From Stylophora pistillata (lineage: Eukaryota), in NCBI RefSeq assembly GCF_002571385.2, contig NW_019218091.1, forward strand, positions 213,963-277,962: DNA of 64,000 nucleotides, written 5' to 3'. The position numbers were made by a program, and so were the translations under genes. This document shows, piece by piece, positions 24,191-37,109 of this stretch (position 1 is the stretch's first letter; the number at the start of each line of letters is the position of its first letter). A model generated the notes under the pieces. That model did not search any database. It was not told the DNA's origin and worked only from the letters and a program-made list of their open reading frames with translations.

Positions 24191-24587
24191 GCTAACTCGG
24201 AGGTTGATATTACAAACCAGATGGTGATATTGTGGACGATGTTTGTAAATAGAAAACAGTACTCATGGCTTTCCTTTTCTTGTCATCATACAAATTCGTT
24301 TCGTATCCAAAAAAAAATTCCCTTTTATTCCATATTTTTCCGCTTTCGTCCGAATAGCCGTAGGGCGTGCTTTAACATGTGGACTGGCTAACTCAGAGGT
24401 TGTTATTAGAAACTAGATGGTGATATCGAGGACGATGTTTGTAAATAGAAAACAGTGCTCATTGCTCTCCTTTTCTTGTCACCATACAAACTCGTTTCGT
24501 ACCCAAAAAAAATTCCTCTTCATTCCATCTTTTTCCGCTTTCGTCCGGTTGAATAGCCGTAGGGCGTGCTTTAGCATGCGGACTGCC
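24191..24587. repeat. Tandem duplication, 2 x about 197 bp
   Basis: GCTAACTC.GAGGTTG...GAATAGCCGTAGGGCGTGCTTTA.CATG.GGACTG occurs twice. Confidence 0.9.
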
Positions 24588-25413
24588 AATATTGAAATGA
24601 TAACTAATAACAACTGGAAACTTGTCCCTCTCATGAACAATTGCAAAAGATGCATGCTGTTTTCTACACTATCAAGATAAAATCTAATGGTTAGTGTTAC
24701 AATTTCCGTGGATCTCTGCATGTTGTAAAACTAAGTGCCATTTTTGTGCTTTGCTTTACGCTTTTTTTATTTAACTTTGCTTTTAAAGTCTTGCTTAATT
24801 TACGACTTAATTAGGATAGATAAATGAATACAAATAATTTGTGCCGGTCTGCGTGGTAACCGCAAGCAGGAGTGGTAAAATCTGGGTCAGGTAGATGACG
24901 TTATGATGGTTACCTCTTTTGTGGAAGCATCGGTTTAAATAATTTCCAAAAACCCTCATTTTTTGCGGTACATGACGCATGTTTGTTGTCTTGTTGCCTT
25001 AATAAATAAAGGTGCAGTGAGGCGATAAGCGACTGCCTGTCGATTTCTGATAATGCTATGTTTAGCTAGGATATTGCACTTGCAGAGACACTGATAACAT
25101 CCCAAATTTCTGGAACGAATATTTGCTTGAGTTGATTGCAGAAGATGTCGGAAGTCGATCCGTAAAAACTAGCAGGGCCGATGCTATAATAGACTACTGC
25201 GTTCATTATATGATCGATGTTAGAAGGTAAGCGGTGCAGGTAGGGTTGGTGCTGAAACTGATGAAAAAGAAAAAAAAGACCAAAAAAAAAAGAAAAAAAA
25301 AGCCATCAAATAAGACAAAACCGCAAAAACACCAAATAACACTTTTGTTATTTACCTGTGATTAGCCCTGGTTATGTAAATTGTAGTGCTCAACCATTGA
25401 CAAAAATAGAATT

Positions 25414-25720
25414 AACAAAATAACGCGTTTCGTTAATTTGATAATTCTCAAGTTTATTTTCTTTTTTATTCCGAAAACTTCATTTACTATACGTGTGTAG
25501 GAAAGATGCGTCGTCTGCGAACCGAAACCGCGACGGCAAATTATTTTAATTTCCATTTGGAACTCAACGGCTACTTTATACGTCCTGCTGAAGTTGAGCT
25601 GCGGCGCTGTATGAGACAGTAAGCTCCTGCAGCCATTTTTGAAATTCTAACTAAGAGTAGAAATTCATTTTTTAATCGAAGTCTTCCTTGGCGTCGCCGT
25701 CGTGGTTTCTTAAGGTCCCT
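25414..25720. mobile_element. Truncated Harbinger-type MITE (right terminus only)
   Basis: Ends GCGTCGCCGTCGTGGTTTCTTAAGGTCCCT, related to the termini of 30634-31001. Confidence 0.55.
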
Positions 25721-25871
25721 AACAAATCCTACGTGACGGCAACACAGTCACATTTCGTTTACAACTGCGTGCTGAGTGACTCCAAGTGAGATGTATTTTC
25801 CAGCTTTTTTGTGTGTGAATTTAGTTAAGGTTAGCGTGGGATGCTTTTACGTCCGAAGTTTTATTTGCTAG

Positions 25872-26066
25872 TGCGCGCTGCGCAAAATACTAGAATCTAA
25901 CTGGCTAAGGCAAATACGTCAATGGCCTATTATGCACAATTTCCATGTAGCAATCACTTCTTTTTCCGGTGCGCGCTGCGCAAAATGCTAGAATCTAACT
26001 GGCTGACGCAAATACGTCAATGGCTTGTTGTGCACAATTTCCATGGAAAAATCACTTCCTTTTCCG
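25872..26066. repeat. Tandem duplication, 2 x about 97 bp
   Basis: GTGCGCGCTGCGCAAAAT.CTAGAATCTAACTGGCT...AATCACTTC.TTTTCCG occurs twice. Confidence 0.9.
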
Positions 26067-29000
26067 TGACCAAAACTCTCTGAGCTTTGACCCCAATTTA
26101 GCCAACGCAACCGCTGAATTTTTCTCCCTTAGAAAGTTAATTTTTTATTCATATACTTGGCTATTTGAACATGGAATGACAGCCATTTTTTTTGCTATCA
26201 GTGTCGATATCATCACTTAGAAAATAAAGGCTGTGTCCTCTGTGATTTGAGACCTCTTGTAAATTATCCGTTGTCAAACGTATTTGATGACTATAAATTT
26301 TACAAAAGTTCGATTTTTCACTTTTTGAAATGCCGTACCTTCCACGGCAAGTGCGTTCATTTATTACGAGAAGTCACCAACAACTGTGGAGACTAACCAC
26401 ACATTTTCTGTTTAGGAGACCTTTAGTCTCAGAACAAATTTCGGAAATGCCATTTCTGATGTATTGTATTTCTTTTGAGTTTTATTCACTCGTATTCCTA
26501 ATCACCTTTCACAGTTTCACCTTATCTTGGCATAAGAAGAAGTAGCGCAAATTGTCGTCAAGAAACGGGAATTATACCTTTGCGTGTTCGCCTCTTGCAA
26601 AAAATTTATGTGTACTTATTGACCTAAAGGGAGGGAAATTATTTGGCTTGAGTTCACGAAAAACTAACACAGCGCAGTGAGGTCTGTATATCATGACCGA
26701 GAGCCAAACCAGTTTCCCTTCTTACCCGACCGAACCCAGAGAAAGAAAAATATCACATGACCTGTGCTTTCTTCTTCTCTTCTTCTTTTAGCTCGTACTT
26801 TGCGCGCACCGCAAAACTTTTTCCGACGCTGCTCGCGGTAACATTTATGGCCCTCTTACGGGGTCGATTTTTATTTGAACAAAACTGCGCGGGATGGAGA
26901 CCCTGCGGGTTGTATGTTTATTCCTGATATTTTCAGTTTGCGTGTGACTGCTGGATCAGAGTCACCTGTGAATCTGGTAGATATTTACTGGTTATGCAGT
27001 ATCGTCAGTAAGAAAACCTGCAGATAATGTGTCCTAAATTGGTCTCATCAACTAGGGCCTCACTGAAAACCGCGAAATAATTAAAAATAAAACGACCAAA
27101 TTAAAAACCTGCCCTGCGTCTGTTGTTTCTGCTGACTCACTTAGACTCGTTGAGGTATTCTGTAAATGCAATACTGTATTCACAGATCAAAATAGCCGCG
27201 GAAATGCGGCGAAAACCACTAAAAAAACTGCAACCAAATATGTAAAATACCGCAACTCCACGGCGGAATACATCCCCGGCCCTTCGGAGACAAATACATG
27301 TGTTTTATTTCTAAGTTTATTTTTGAAATATCTAAAGGATATCGTCTGATTCAAAGTGCAATAGCATAATATAAGGTTTATTTGACCTAAGTTTCTCATT
27401 TACCCTCATCTGAAGATAATCTCTCCACAAGGTTAAAATAAAACTACTTTTCATCTAATTTACCGAGAGGAATCACTGCTGGCTCCAAAACGACGAGTAC
27501 TATCTATCGAAAGACGCAACTTCGAGCAACAAAACCCTTGAATTGTCCGGCACTGGTTTTGAAAAAATTCTAGCATTAATTAACAGATTAACAAGCCTCA
27601 GTAAACATTTGCGAGAAAGTCAAAACATGAATTCTGCTTCGTAGTAAAAATATTTTAGGACATTACAAATTAGAAGTGCCTGATTCGGATTTCTGGTGAG
27701 TGGAAACGAGCGATAAAACAAGTACCATTTTCCTTCTAAAGCACCGCCTTTTGACGCTCGCTCGCACTTTCGCACGCCTACACTGACTATGCTAACTGGC
27801 GCCTCACACATGATGGCCCAAATCTGAGCAAACTTACTACACGTTGATAAATAATGAGTCGATTTTAAGCTTCGCTTTGTGAACAACATTTTGCATAGAA
27901 CTATTAGAAGAGCTGTTAGCTCTTTGATGCGATATTTTGCACTCTTCTCGAGATTAGTCGTGTATCACTAACTTTAAACAACATAGCTATGACGCAACTT
28001 CCCGCTATCTTGAGGCTAATTGCTTTGCATTATGACGAAATCAGAAAACACGAAGTTGCTTGCCATTACTGTCACGTGCATCAATAAACCTTCGACAATT
28101 CGATTTCTTAATTTCTATATTATTATGTGATTATCACAGGTTTATTTTTAGCTGCTTGGGTTATATTTTCTAGACCTTTCTGGGCAATGCGGTGCGAAAT
28201 CGTTTAACCGCATTTTCACAAAACAGTTTCTGACACGCTATCCTTTGGTAAAATTCTGCCGGCAGTATATTCAGCGGGGTGTCCGAAGTTCATTAGCGAA
28301 AATATTGATATACAGGCAGAGAACCATGGATAATTTTACTTGGAGAAAGGGATAAAATGCTGAAAAAGTCAAGGATACAAAAGCAATTGGATGGACGAGA
28401 GTTCAAAAATTAACAAACAGAGCAAGACATTGTATGAAATGCTGCACACTAGCATATACAATGATATCAGCAACTACTATCAAATATCTTCCACGGCAAT
28501 TATACGTCTAAAATTTAGAATTCAAAAGGAAAGCCGTTCAGTCGGTTGTTTTTCCTTGGGAAATTAATTTACTCTAGCTTGATAACAAAGCCAGACTTCT
28601 CCAATTTACACGCCTAGCAGTTGAAGAGAATTTGATATGACAATTCGTCGGCCAATTTTCTGCCACTATCGTTCTTCTTAAATACAGTGAGTACGAGCGA
28701 AGACAGAATGCACAAGCGAGTCTTAGACGGTTTTCTTGTATACAAAAGTCGATAACGAACCAAAACTAGCAACGAGTTCTCGGTCAGTCGGCTGGGCTTT
28801 CATCACTGTGATCTTCGTTTCTTACTCCATCAAGTAAACAATTTGGTGTGCTCTTTGATTTTAAGGCACAAGTTATCCGTTTGCTTGACATAACATCAAA
28901 TAATCCTTCAAGGAAAAATTGTTTTTGGACTCTTTGTTATCGGAGGATGCGTCCGGCTTAGCTGATGAGCTCTTGTCTTTTAACGTATGCCTCTTTGTTC

Positions 29001-30633
29001 AGTTCGTCCACCTCTCCTAACCCTATACACCCTAACATCAGTATGCATATTCTCCATACTGTTCTCTATATATTTTCTAAGCTGTTGATAAGAAGAATTT
29101 GTTTAGCTATTTAGTCGGGGATCATTTCCTCTATTCCCGTGACCTTAATGTTTGATTCAAGGGTGCTACTGTAAGGAGAAATTAGAAGCTAGTCACTGCT
29201 AAGGATTAAAGAGTCATAAATGTTGCATAACACCATAGTTAATAGATAAAACTCCAATAATTATCTCTATATAATCAAAAATCTACGTTAAGTATCGCTT
29301 CTTGTCAATGTCTTCCCCATGCGCTCTGTATTCAGCTGGTTGACTGTGCCCTCTCGTGGTGACGTCACAAGGCCAAAACGAAAACAAAGAGATACTCCTT
29401 TGATCTTCGCCGGGTCTCCTAACAAGTACCCTCTATTAACTATGATAACACTAAACTGTGGAAACATATACCCTTAGTTACTCAGCTATCTCATTAGTCG
29501 TGTAGTTCGAGTATTCATGCATATCTACTGAGTGGTTTGTCAACAGGGCTGGAAAATCAGCACTGAAATCGGAAGAACGAATAGTGGCCATTTATTATGT
29601 ATTTATGCCCTTTGTTTTGTTTTTAAAAGTTTGACGTTCTACCAAAGCTTCCAGACTTTGCTGATACTCCAGAATTCAAAATCAAACTAACGAATATTTT
29701 GCCCATTTCTTTGTTTGTCGGGCAAATATCACTTGCACTATTTTTTCAGAGTTAATTTGCACCTCAGTGAATTTATTCGGATATAATTGACAGGTCAGTC
29801 TATCGGCGCAATTTAGATAATGGAAACCTTTTCTTTCAGTGGTTTGTGACCAATGTGTCCATATTTGTTTGCCTCTATATTGGTCGTTGGCGAAACAGGA
29901 AAAATTGTATTCATGGCCATGATGCATTTTTTCCTATACGTGACAAGCGAACGGTAAACGAGTCATTGGTGGGCTACGGACAATTAGTGTTCGAAAGAGC
30001 AATATGACCGAATTCCCAATTTATTCAACAATGCGTTGATGATTACGCAAAAATTGTCTTCATTTCTTAGTTGTTTTGACAAGAGTTGTTTTAAAGAAGA
30101 AACGTTTCGATAAAGAGTGATGTCGAAAGCGTAGTTCACGTTATTTTGTAGCTTCTTGCGGGTCTATCTTTTGCTTTAAGGACCTACAACTCTTTGAATC
30201 ACTCGACTCTTCTATTTACCCACTAAAGATTCTAAGTATTTTAGGACAGGGTTGAAGCTCCAGCTCGAAGAACAGACTACTCTATAAGGAAAGTGGATGA
30301 GTAAGAAATTCTTTCCCGATCATTTACAACTTAAAAGGATTGTCCTCTAAACTAAACTCGCTAGGGCCTTATACTCTGGCTCATAACCACTCATTGAGAC
30401 CTTAATGAGGACTACTTGTACAAGAGATGGTAAACGAACGAATGATAATCCTTCTATTATCGATTAATGCGAAAGCACTAAGATTAAGTTTAGGTGCAAG
30501 AGAGATCGAGGTAAAGACAAAAGAGGGNTTTTTTTTTTTAACACACAAGAAAAACAAAATCGTTTTGTTGAGTCCAGTGATAGTGGTATTAAAAAGCTGG
30601 TCGCATATACTCATCCGCCGTTAGATCAACACT

Positions 30634-31001
30634 GGGGAGCTTTAGCAACGACGACGGCGACGGCAACGAAAACGGCGTGTCGAAATCTAACTTTTCGTTT
30701 TTGTAACTCTTTCGAGGTTATTCTGATGTGTTTCACTTGGAAAATGCTGGCGAACTATTCAGGGACTTTATCACTACGAACGGCGTTAAAGTAAGGAGAA
30801 AGAAAGAAAAATTAACCGTCATGCGCTCACGTTCTCGAGAAAACCTAAAGTTTGGTTATTTCACGTTGTTGTTTTGCCGAGAACGGCAAAGAAATGTACC
30901 AAAATGTTAAACGCACGTGCAGGGCGATTGTTTTTGCTAATTAAGCCTATTATTTTCTGCCGTTCTCGTTGCCGTAGCCGTCGTCGTTGCGAAAGCTCCC
31001 T
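30634..31001. mobile_element. Harbinger-type MITE
   Basis: TIRs GGGAGCTTTAGCAACGACGACGGCGACGGCAACGA / TCGTTGCCGTAGCCGTCGTCGTTGCGAAAGCTCCC. Superfamily inferred from the termini. Confidence 0.8.
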
Positions 31002-31510
31002 AAATCTTTGTGCTTTGAGACTGAAAGGCCAATACTCAAAAAGGGATTCGCTCCGCACGTGTAAGTTGGTAGTCAATAACAAGACAAGATTGATGCATCA
31101 ATAAAGTTTACTACCCCAATAAATAAAGCAAAATACAGCAGGCTTCCAACATAGTTGACCTAGATGGCCTTGTTGAAATTACACATGAAACAAACAATAA
31201 CAACAACGACAGCTTAATGCCTCTCAGATACACCAACGGCAATATATCTTTAGGCTATAACTGGTAAAAAATAAGGCGCCATCCCCGGTAAGTTCAGCCA
31301 GCTACACAGAAGCGTTACGTTTTCTAAATATGCTATAACCACGAAAATTCTTCTACTCCATTTCAAGATTTTGACTCTTCAAACCGCTATCTACTTCTTG
31401 CGCAAATCAAGCTTAAAACATGAAACACCGGTAGACTGAATCCATATAGTACAAATCCTCGAAACGGAACCAAGAAGCCGATGAATTATTCCATGTTCAT
31501 GGACAGGTTA

Positions 31511-34500
31511 CTAATTCGATCCTTCGTCATTTTCATCCTCAAGGTCTGGAGCGTCACCCGTGGCTCTGTCGGAAAATAAAATAGTGAAAAAACAGTTAAT
31601 CAAAGTTGAGAAGGAAATAAGATGAATTTTTCTTTCAAATCATTAATAGTTACAACATACCTTTTCCGTCGGCATCTAAAATCTGGTGTAAATACATTCA
31701 GGTCCATTTCGGGCAGCTTGTTACAATCGACGAGTATCTTTGACTGTTGCAATACCCTCCGGGAGATAGAAGGGATATTCTCAGAATTATCGCAGATAAC
31801 TTTGGCCAGTGTGACTTTTCTTATTTCTTGCAGTTGGGAACGCGTGAAAGCTGTTTTATCAGTGTTCAGTTTTCGGTTCGGCGCATTTTCATGCCAGAAG
31901 CGGTCACCCACTCGTAGGCGTTTGAACTGCTCGGTTAATAAACACTGAAAAGTTTTCCCTAGTGCTCCTCCCTCTGAATCTGCAGGCTCCAACATTCCTG
32001 TGAAGAGTCATGCAAATAGCAATTATTAGAAACGGTATACTAAGCCGCCCCCTCCTCCTTCTGAGCTAAGTTATTTCAGTTGTAAAAGCTAAACAAAAGT
32101 GGAATACAAAAGTATTTTAGTGTCTAGCGTGATAAGTCTGACTGGATCCTCGAGGGGGCATGATGAAGAGAATCCTTCGTTATGATTGGCTACCAGAGCG
32201 AGGAGGGTTCGGAATTCCCCCGCACCGTGATTCCGCAAAAAGGAACAAAGAGCCTATACCCGGTTCACATTCGTTGAAAACTTTTGCAGCATTTTGGCAA
32301 CAAGAAAGTCACATACACGTCTTCAGGTGGTCAAAACAAAGAAAATCACCGTAAATTTACCGAAATTATTGGGAAATTACTCAGTGCAATCTCTTTTTTT
32401 TTTATGTGATAATTTTCTTTTCAAACAAGCTTATCATAAACTTTGAATTGAGTTTGATTCGCTCGCCAAAAACGTAAAGTAAGGAAATTAGCTAATATGC
32501 AGATATCTCAACCTCATACACAGTAAATAATTCAACACAAAGTATAAATAGTAATTTGGGGCTGCTTTGGTTTTTCTTTACTTCGCTCTGTGATATGATT
32601 GGTCTAAAAAACTCACAGGGCATCAAAAAGTAAACTTCAATCAGTTTTCTTGCTTCACCCCTACCTCCTTTTTTGAGTTCTTATTGGCTCCTTATAATAT
32701 TTTATTTTATTCTGATTGGCTGTTATGATTACTTTGAACTTGGTTTCGAATTCATAATACACAATCAAAAAACGATATTTGGCGGCATTGGGCCTGCGCA
32801 GACATACCTCCTACAAAAAGATCGATGTCCTGTACTGACTGGTACTGGCACTTCAAGCTATTTATATCTTTTTGGCCAATTCCACCCTTTTTCAGATCTT
32901 CGAAGCTGTTCACTGCTGGTGTAATTTTACAAAACGTGTTTCGATATGTCGTGTATGAAGGCACTCCGCGTTCGCGTCCTCTTTGGATGTTGATGGATAT
33001 GAGGTCGGACAAGTCACCGGGGCCTCGAAACAGGTTTTCATGTACAGAACTTGAAAAACGCCTGGAGAGAGAATCAGGTCAACCCAAGGAACAATCCTGA
33101 GAATCATTATCTTGTATTGGGTTACTAATAATTCTACTCATAAGTAGGGATCTATGCTCGATTTTGACTTCTGACTAACTGTTTTGTTTTTCGCACAACT
33201 ACCACTCCTCATCTTTCGTCCTCCAAGTATCCCCCTCCCTTCCCCCCACCCCTACCTCCCTCCCTTCTCCCCATCCCACCCCGTACCCCCACCCCATCCT
33301 TCTTTGGATAAAGACGTATCTTATGGCTCTCCTTTTCCAAACAAGAGATGCGAACAAGAATGTTCTATTAACCTTTTAACTCCCACGAGTGACCAAGACA
33401 GAATTTCTCCTTACAATATCAGTACAATATCCAGCAAACAGGTGATGAGAATAAAAATATATCAATTAGGGGATTATTAGTTGATTCAATACCTAATTCT
33501 CCGAACTAATGACGTAAGAGTTGTATAGCAGACCGTATGGAGAGTTACTAATAAGATCTTGGGAGTGAAAGTGGTAAAAATCATCTGTTACTCACCCATC
33601 AACTTTGGCTGCGGGACTCTTCACCAGGCCTCTAAAGATGGAATCGACACCCCCATTACACTTATCATATAGGTAGGTTGGATTACCAAAGTCCAGTACT
33701 GGGATGGGAGAGTACTCTGAGATAGAATCTTTGCTGCATTTGTGTTCAAAACCCTCTTGAGTAAAACGTAGAAACTCCTCTTGAACCAAACTGTGGCCAA
33801 ATCGGTAAGCTGCCACAGCAAAGGCTTGGGACACTTGGGCATTTACGCCAGGGTTGTAACCATTGAAATACTGTCTTCCTTGTAGCAGAGCAAGATTGTT
33901 GTCTCTGATCTACAAAACAAAGGGAGGCAATAGTAAAAAAAGTCAGTTGAGAGAGAAAAAATTGAAAAAAAAAAAAAAAAAACAGAGATTGAAATGGTTG
34001 TACTTACAGCTTTGGGGCTGAGAAGCAGTGGCAGAAATTCGTTGTAGGTAATAACTTGTAATTCCGCCCCAACGATTCTCCTGGCCTCCTGGTAGATCTG
34101 CTCTGCTTCCCAATCTGTGTTTTTACCAAAAAATTCTGCTATTCGGTTGTGTTCCCGGACGAACAGAGTATGAACTGACATAAGACCTGTTGTATCCATG
34201 AAATATATATATCATTAGGAGGAAGATAAAAGAGTTATTCAATATAGGGCGAGATAGAAGGGCTTGTGACAAGAAGATGTCCGACAAACGCCAGCACAGG
34301 ATACTCCCTATAATGCTGTGGGCATGGTTTATGATGACCAAAAAGTAGTTTCTCCTCACAAAATGAGTACTCCCTCAAGCAGAAAGATGACAAGAATAGA
34401 GAAATATATCAACAAGGGTGTATTATTTGATTTACTAACAAATTCCAAGAACCAACACCATGCGAAATGTACGGCAGACATTTAAGGAGTAATAGTATTG

Positions 34501-36682
34501 AGATCTTGCGACGAAAGACGTTAAAAAGGGCGTATGTGCAATTTGATCACTTAAGTCGCGTCTGAGTCTGTGAACAAACCTTCAGGGTGTGAACTTGACA
34601 ATGCGTTGTCTACATGTGTGGAAGTAACAATATTCTACAATTTTATTGTAAATATTCTACCGGAATACGCTATAGACGTGGTTAAAAAAGGTCGATATAC
34701 CACAACCTTTGACAATTGTTTTTATCTTGAACAGGTAAGCGAATGAAAGGATTTGTCGACCTCACCTTGATTCTCGTTCACACGTTCGTCTCCGGCTACG
34801 AAACAAGGTCTGTTAGGATCTCTTGATACGCATGGTATCTCAGGATCTGTTTCTGCAGGTAAGAGATCACCCAAAGGGCAGCCGTGAGTAGGTTTCATAA
34901 TTCTCATTGTACCGTCGGGAGCTCGAAGCTCTTCGGCCTCCTCTTCGTTAGAGCCGTAAACGTTGGAAGCGTCGATGAAAGCTGTTATTATGTTGGTGTG
35001 TTCTCTTGGTCCTGGAGAACACTCTGGTTTAAACTCATGGGGAGCATCTCGAATCACTTCGAAAAATTTAACTTCCCTCCTCTGGAAGACATCATCATCC
35101 GCCGGAACCTCAACGTTGAAACACTCTGGCTCGATAGAGGGCACAGTTTCACAAATAACTCCTTGAGTTTCTGCCAGTGTTATGTCATGGTCCATAAACT
35201 GACCCCAATTCATGGCCAAGTGTGTCAGCCTTGGAGAATCAGGGTTTTGGCGGTCTGCATTGCTGCCATGGACAAAACGACTCACGTTTCTCGCGTTGGG
35301 TAACTTGTCTCCACTTTGTGCCACACGAGGTGACGAGACCATATCTTCATAATCAGCTGGTTGTACTCGTCTGAATGGAGTATGGGCTGCTCCAAAAAAG
35401 GGATAACGCACATTATTGCAAGTTCCATTAATCGTTCTAAATCGGGCATCCTCCTCAGACTTATCTGGACATTTAATGTCCTTTAACGGTCGGTGCTCTA
35501 AACATTCAATAACCTTCTTCCTGCATATCTTTTCTGCGAGTCTCCTGGAAAAAAAAGCAAATACGGATTGTTTATTGACATAGTTTTGTTAGAAATTCAA
35601 ACACCACAAGAAATTTCAAAACGCAGTAAAGTAGGGAAGACACGAAGTCGTCAACATAAAGGAAAATTAGGTTATCAGGAAGTTTAAGGTCCCGTGAACT
35701 CGGATTGGATTTACTTTTTCAGTTTCTACGTAACAAATGTCGTTTAAAAGAAAGGATGGGTGTAAGTTATATAGTAAGATATCTTCTTGAGAGAAAGAGT
35801 TCAGATTTTCGTTTAAAAAAGAGTTAATAAGGAATTAAGGTTATCCAAAACCTTGCGGGTGTCTTTACAGTTTTTAGTAACAGTGATATGACTGAGCGGA
35901 GTTCAATTAAGACTGAATTCGGAGAAGCTGTTTGCCGCCGAAAGGCCGTTAAGGAGTTCCCACCTAACGGAGATCATGACGCCTTAAAAGTTATTAACTC
36001 TTTTTGTATGAAAACACATTTTTCTCAATTACTCACACGTGTTTTAAGACGTTAAGTTAATATTTCTAATAATGTAATTTAGGTAATTAACTTCGATTCA
36101 ATGGCCGGGAAAAAAATTAATTTTTTTCCTCCAAAGTTGACCCGCAAAAGTTTGGAGTAACCTTAAGAATCCAAATTTTGCCGAAGGGCTGACTGTGAAC
36201 GTCTTTTTCTGTTCTCTTGCTGGGAACACTTACCCCTTTGGAGGTATTCCTAAAAGATCCAAAACCTTCCTCGTCGCACAAATGTCTCGTATGGCATATT
36301 TGACACAAGCTTCGTTCTGTAACGACCTAAGCACTTTCGCGTCGTCAACCACTGATCTTTTAAGATGTTGTAGTATCTGAAAGAATTTTCTGAGACCTGC
36401 ACTAGATGCTGCCTTTCTCCTTAGTTTTTCTTTTTTAGCTTCAACCATAGATTTTTTCGCCACGGCTTTGAATTCAGCTTTGATCTGTTCACAGACATTG
36501 ATTGGCACGCTATCTCGCACCTGCTCCTTGCCCCGGTCTTTCAGCTCGACAAGGTCATCCGTCACGTCTGCTGGGCTGTAGGTGTCTCCTAACCAGTCTG
36601 GGTCATTTAAAACAGAAGAGGATCCCTGATCTAATCCCAGAACCAATAGAAGCAGTAAAGCACTGAGTAAACGTCCTGCCAT
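31511..36682 (-). CDS. Secreted animal heme peroxidase, paralog B, 788 aa
   Basis: Exons 36682-36234, 35544-34766, 34186-34008, 33909-33596, 33061-32808, 31997-31661, 31565-31511 (TAG); 2367 nt in frame. Signal peptide MAGRLLSALLLLLVLG. Motifs WGQFMDHD, TAFIDAS, GDERVNE, AAYRFGHS, INIQRGRERG. Confidence 0.94.
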
Positions 36683-36965
36683 GTTGTCTAATGAAGAGAT
36701 GGATAAAGAAACTTGAGGCAGTCCACATAAAGCTCAATTAATTCATAACTGATTTATTACTGCTAAATAGTTGTTGACCGCAACATTCTCTTAGTAAATC
36801 CTTTTTGTTCCCCTTGGATTTGAGTGATATGCCGTGCGTAATCCCACGAAATATGACTGTTGTTAAACAGCAAAATCAATTTGTGAAACTCAGTCTTTGA
36901 AAAGTGAACGTGAAATCTTGGTTAGCATCTTTCATATTTGCAGAATACATATTTCAAAAACTTGC

Positions 36966-37109
36966 TCTGATTCTTTTTTAGCGCAGGGCTAGATTCTTTC
37001 CTTGGTGATTTCTGCGTCATAGCAACATAAAGCTTGATTAACACTTAATTCTTTAAAATAGAGGTGAGTAGCGTCTGAAAGAAAACCACTAAAATTCGAT
37101 CTTTTTATA
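36966..37109 (-). promoter_or_regulatory. Probable TATA box and non-coding first exon of peroxidase B
   Basis: TATAAAAA at 37109-37102, conserved with C. Candidate donor GCAAGT at 36965. Acceptor ATTAG|ACAACATG at 36688. Confidence 0.55.

Noticed and set aside
26100-30600. Hidden gene in the A-B spacer
   Set aside because: Only short ORFs and decayed repeats; I could not build a consistent exon chain.
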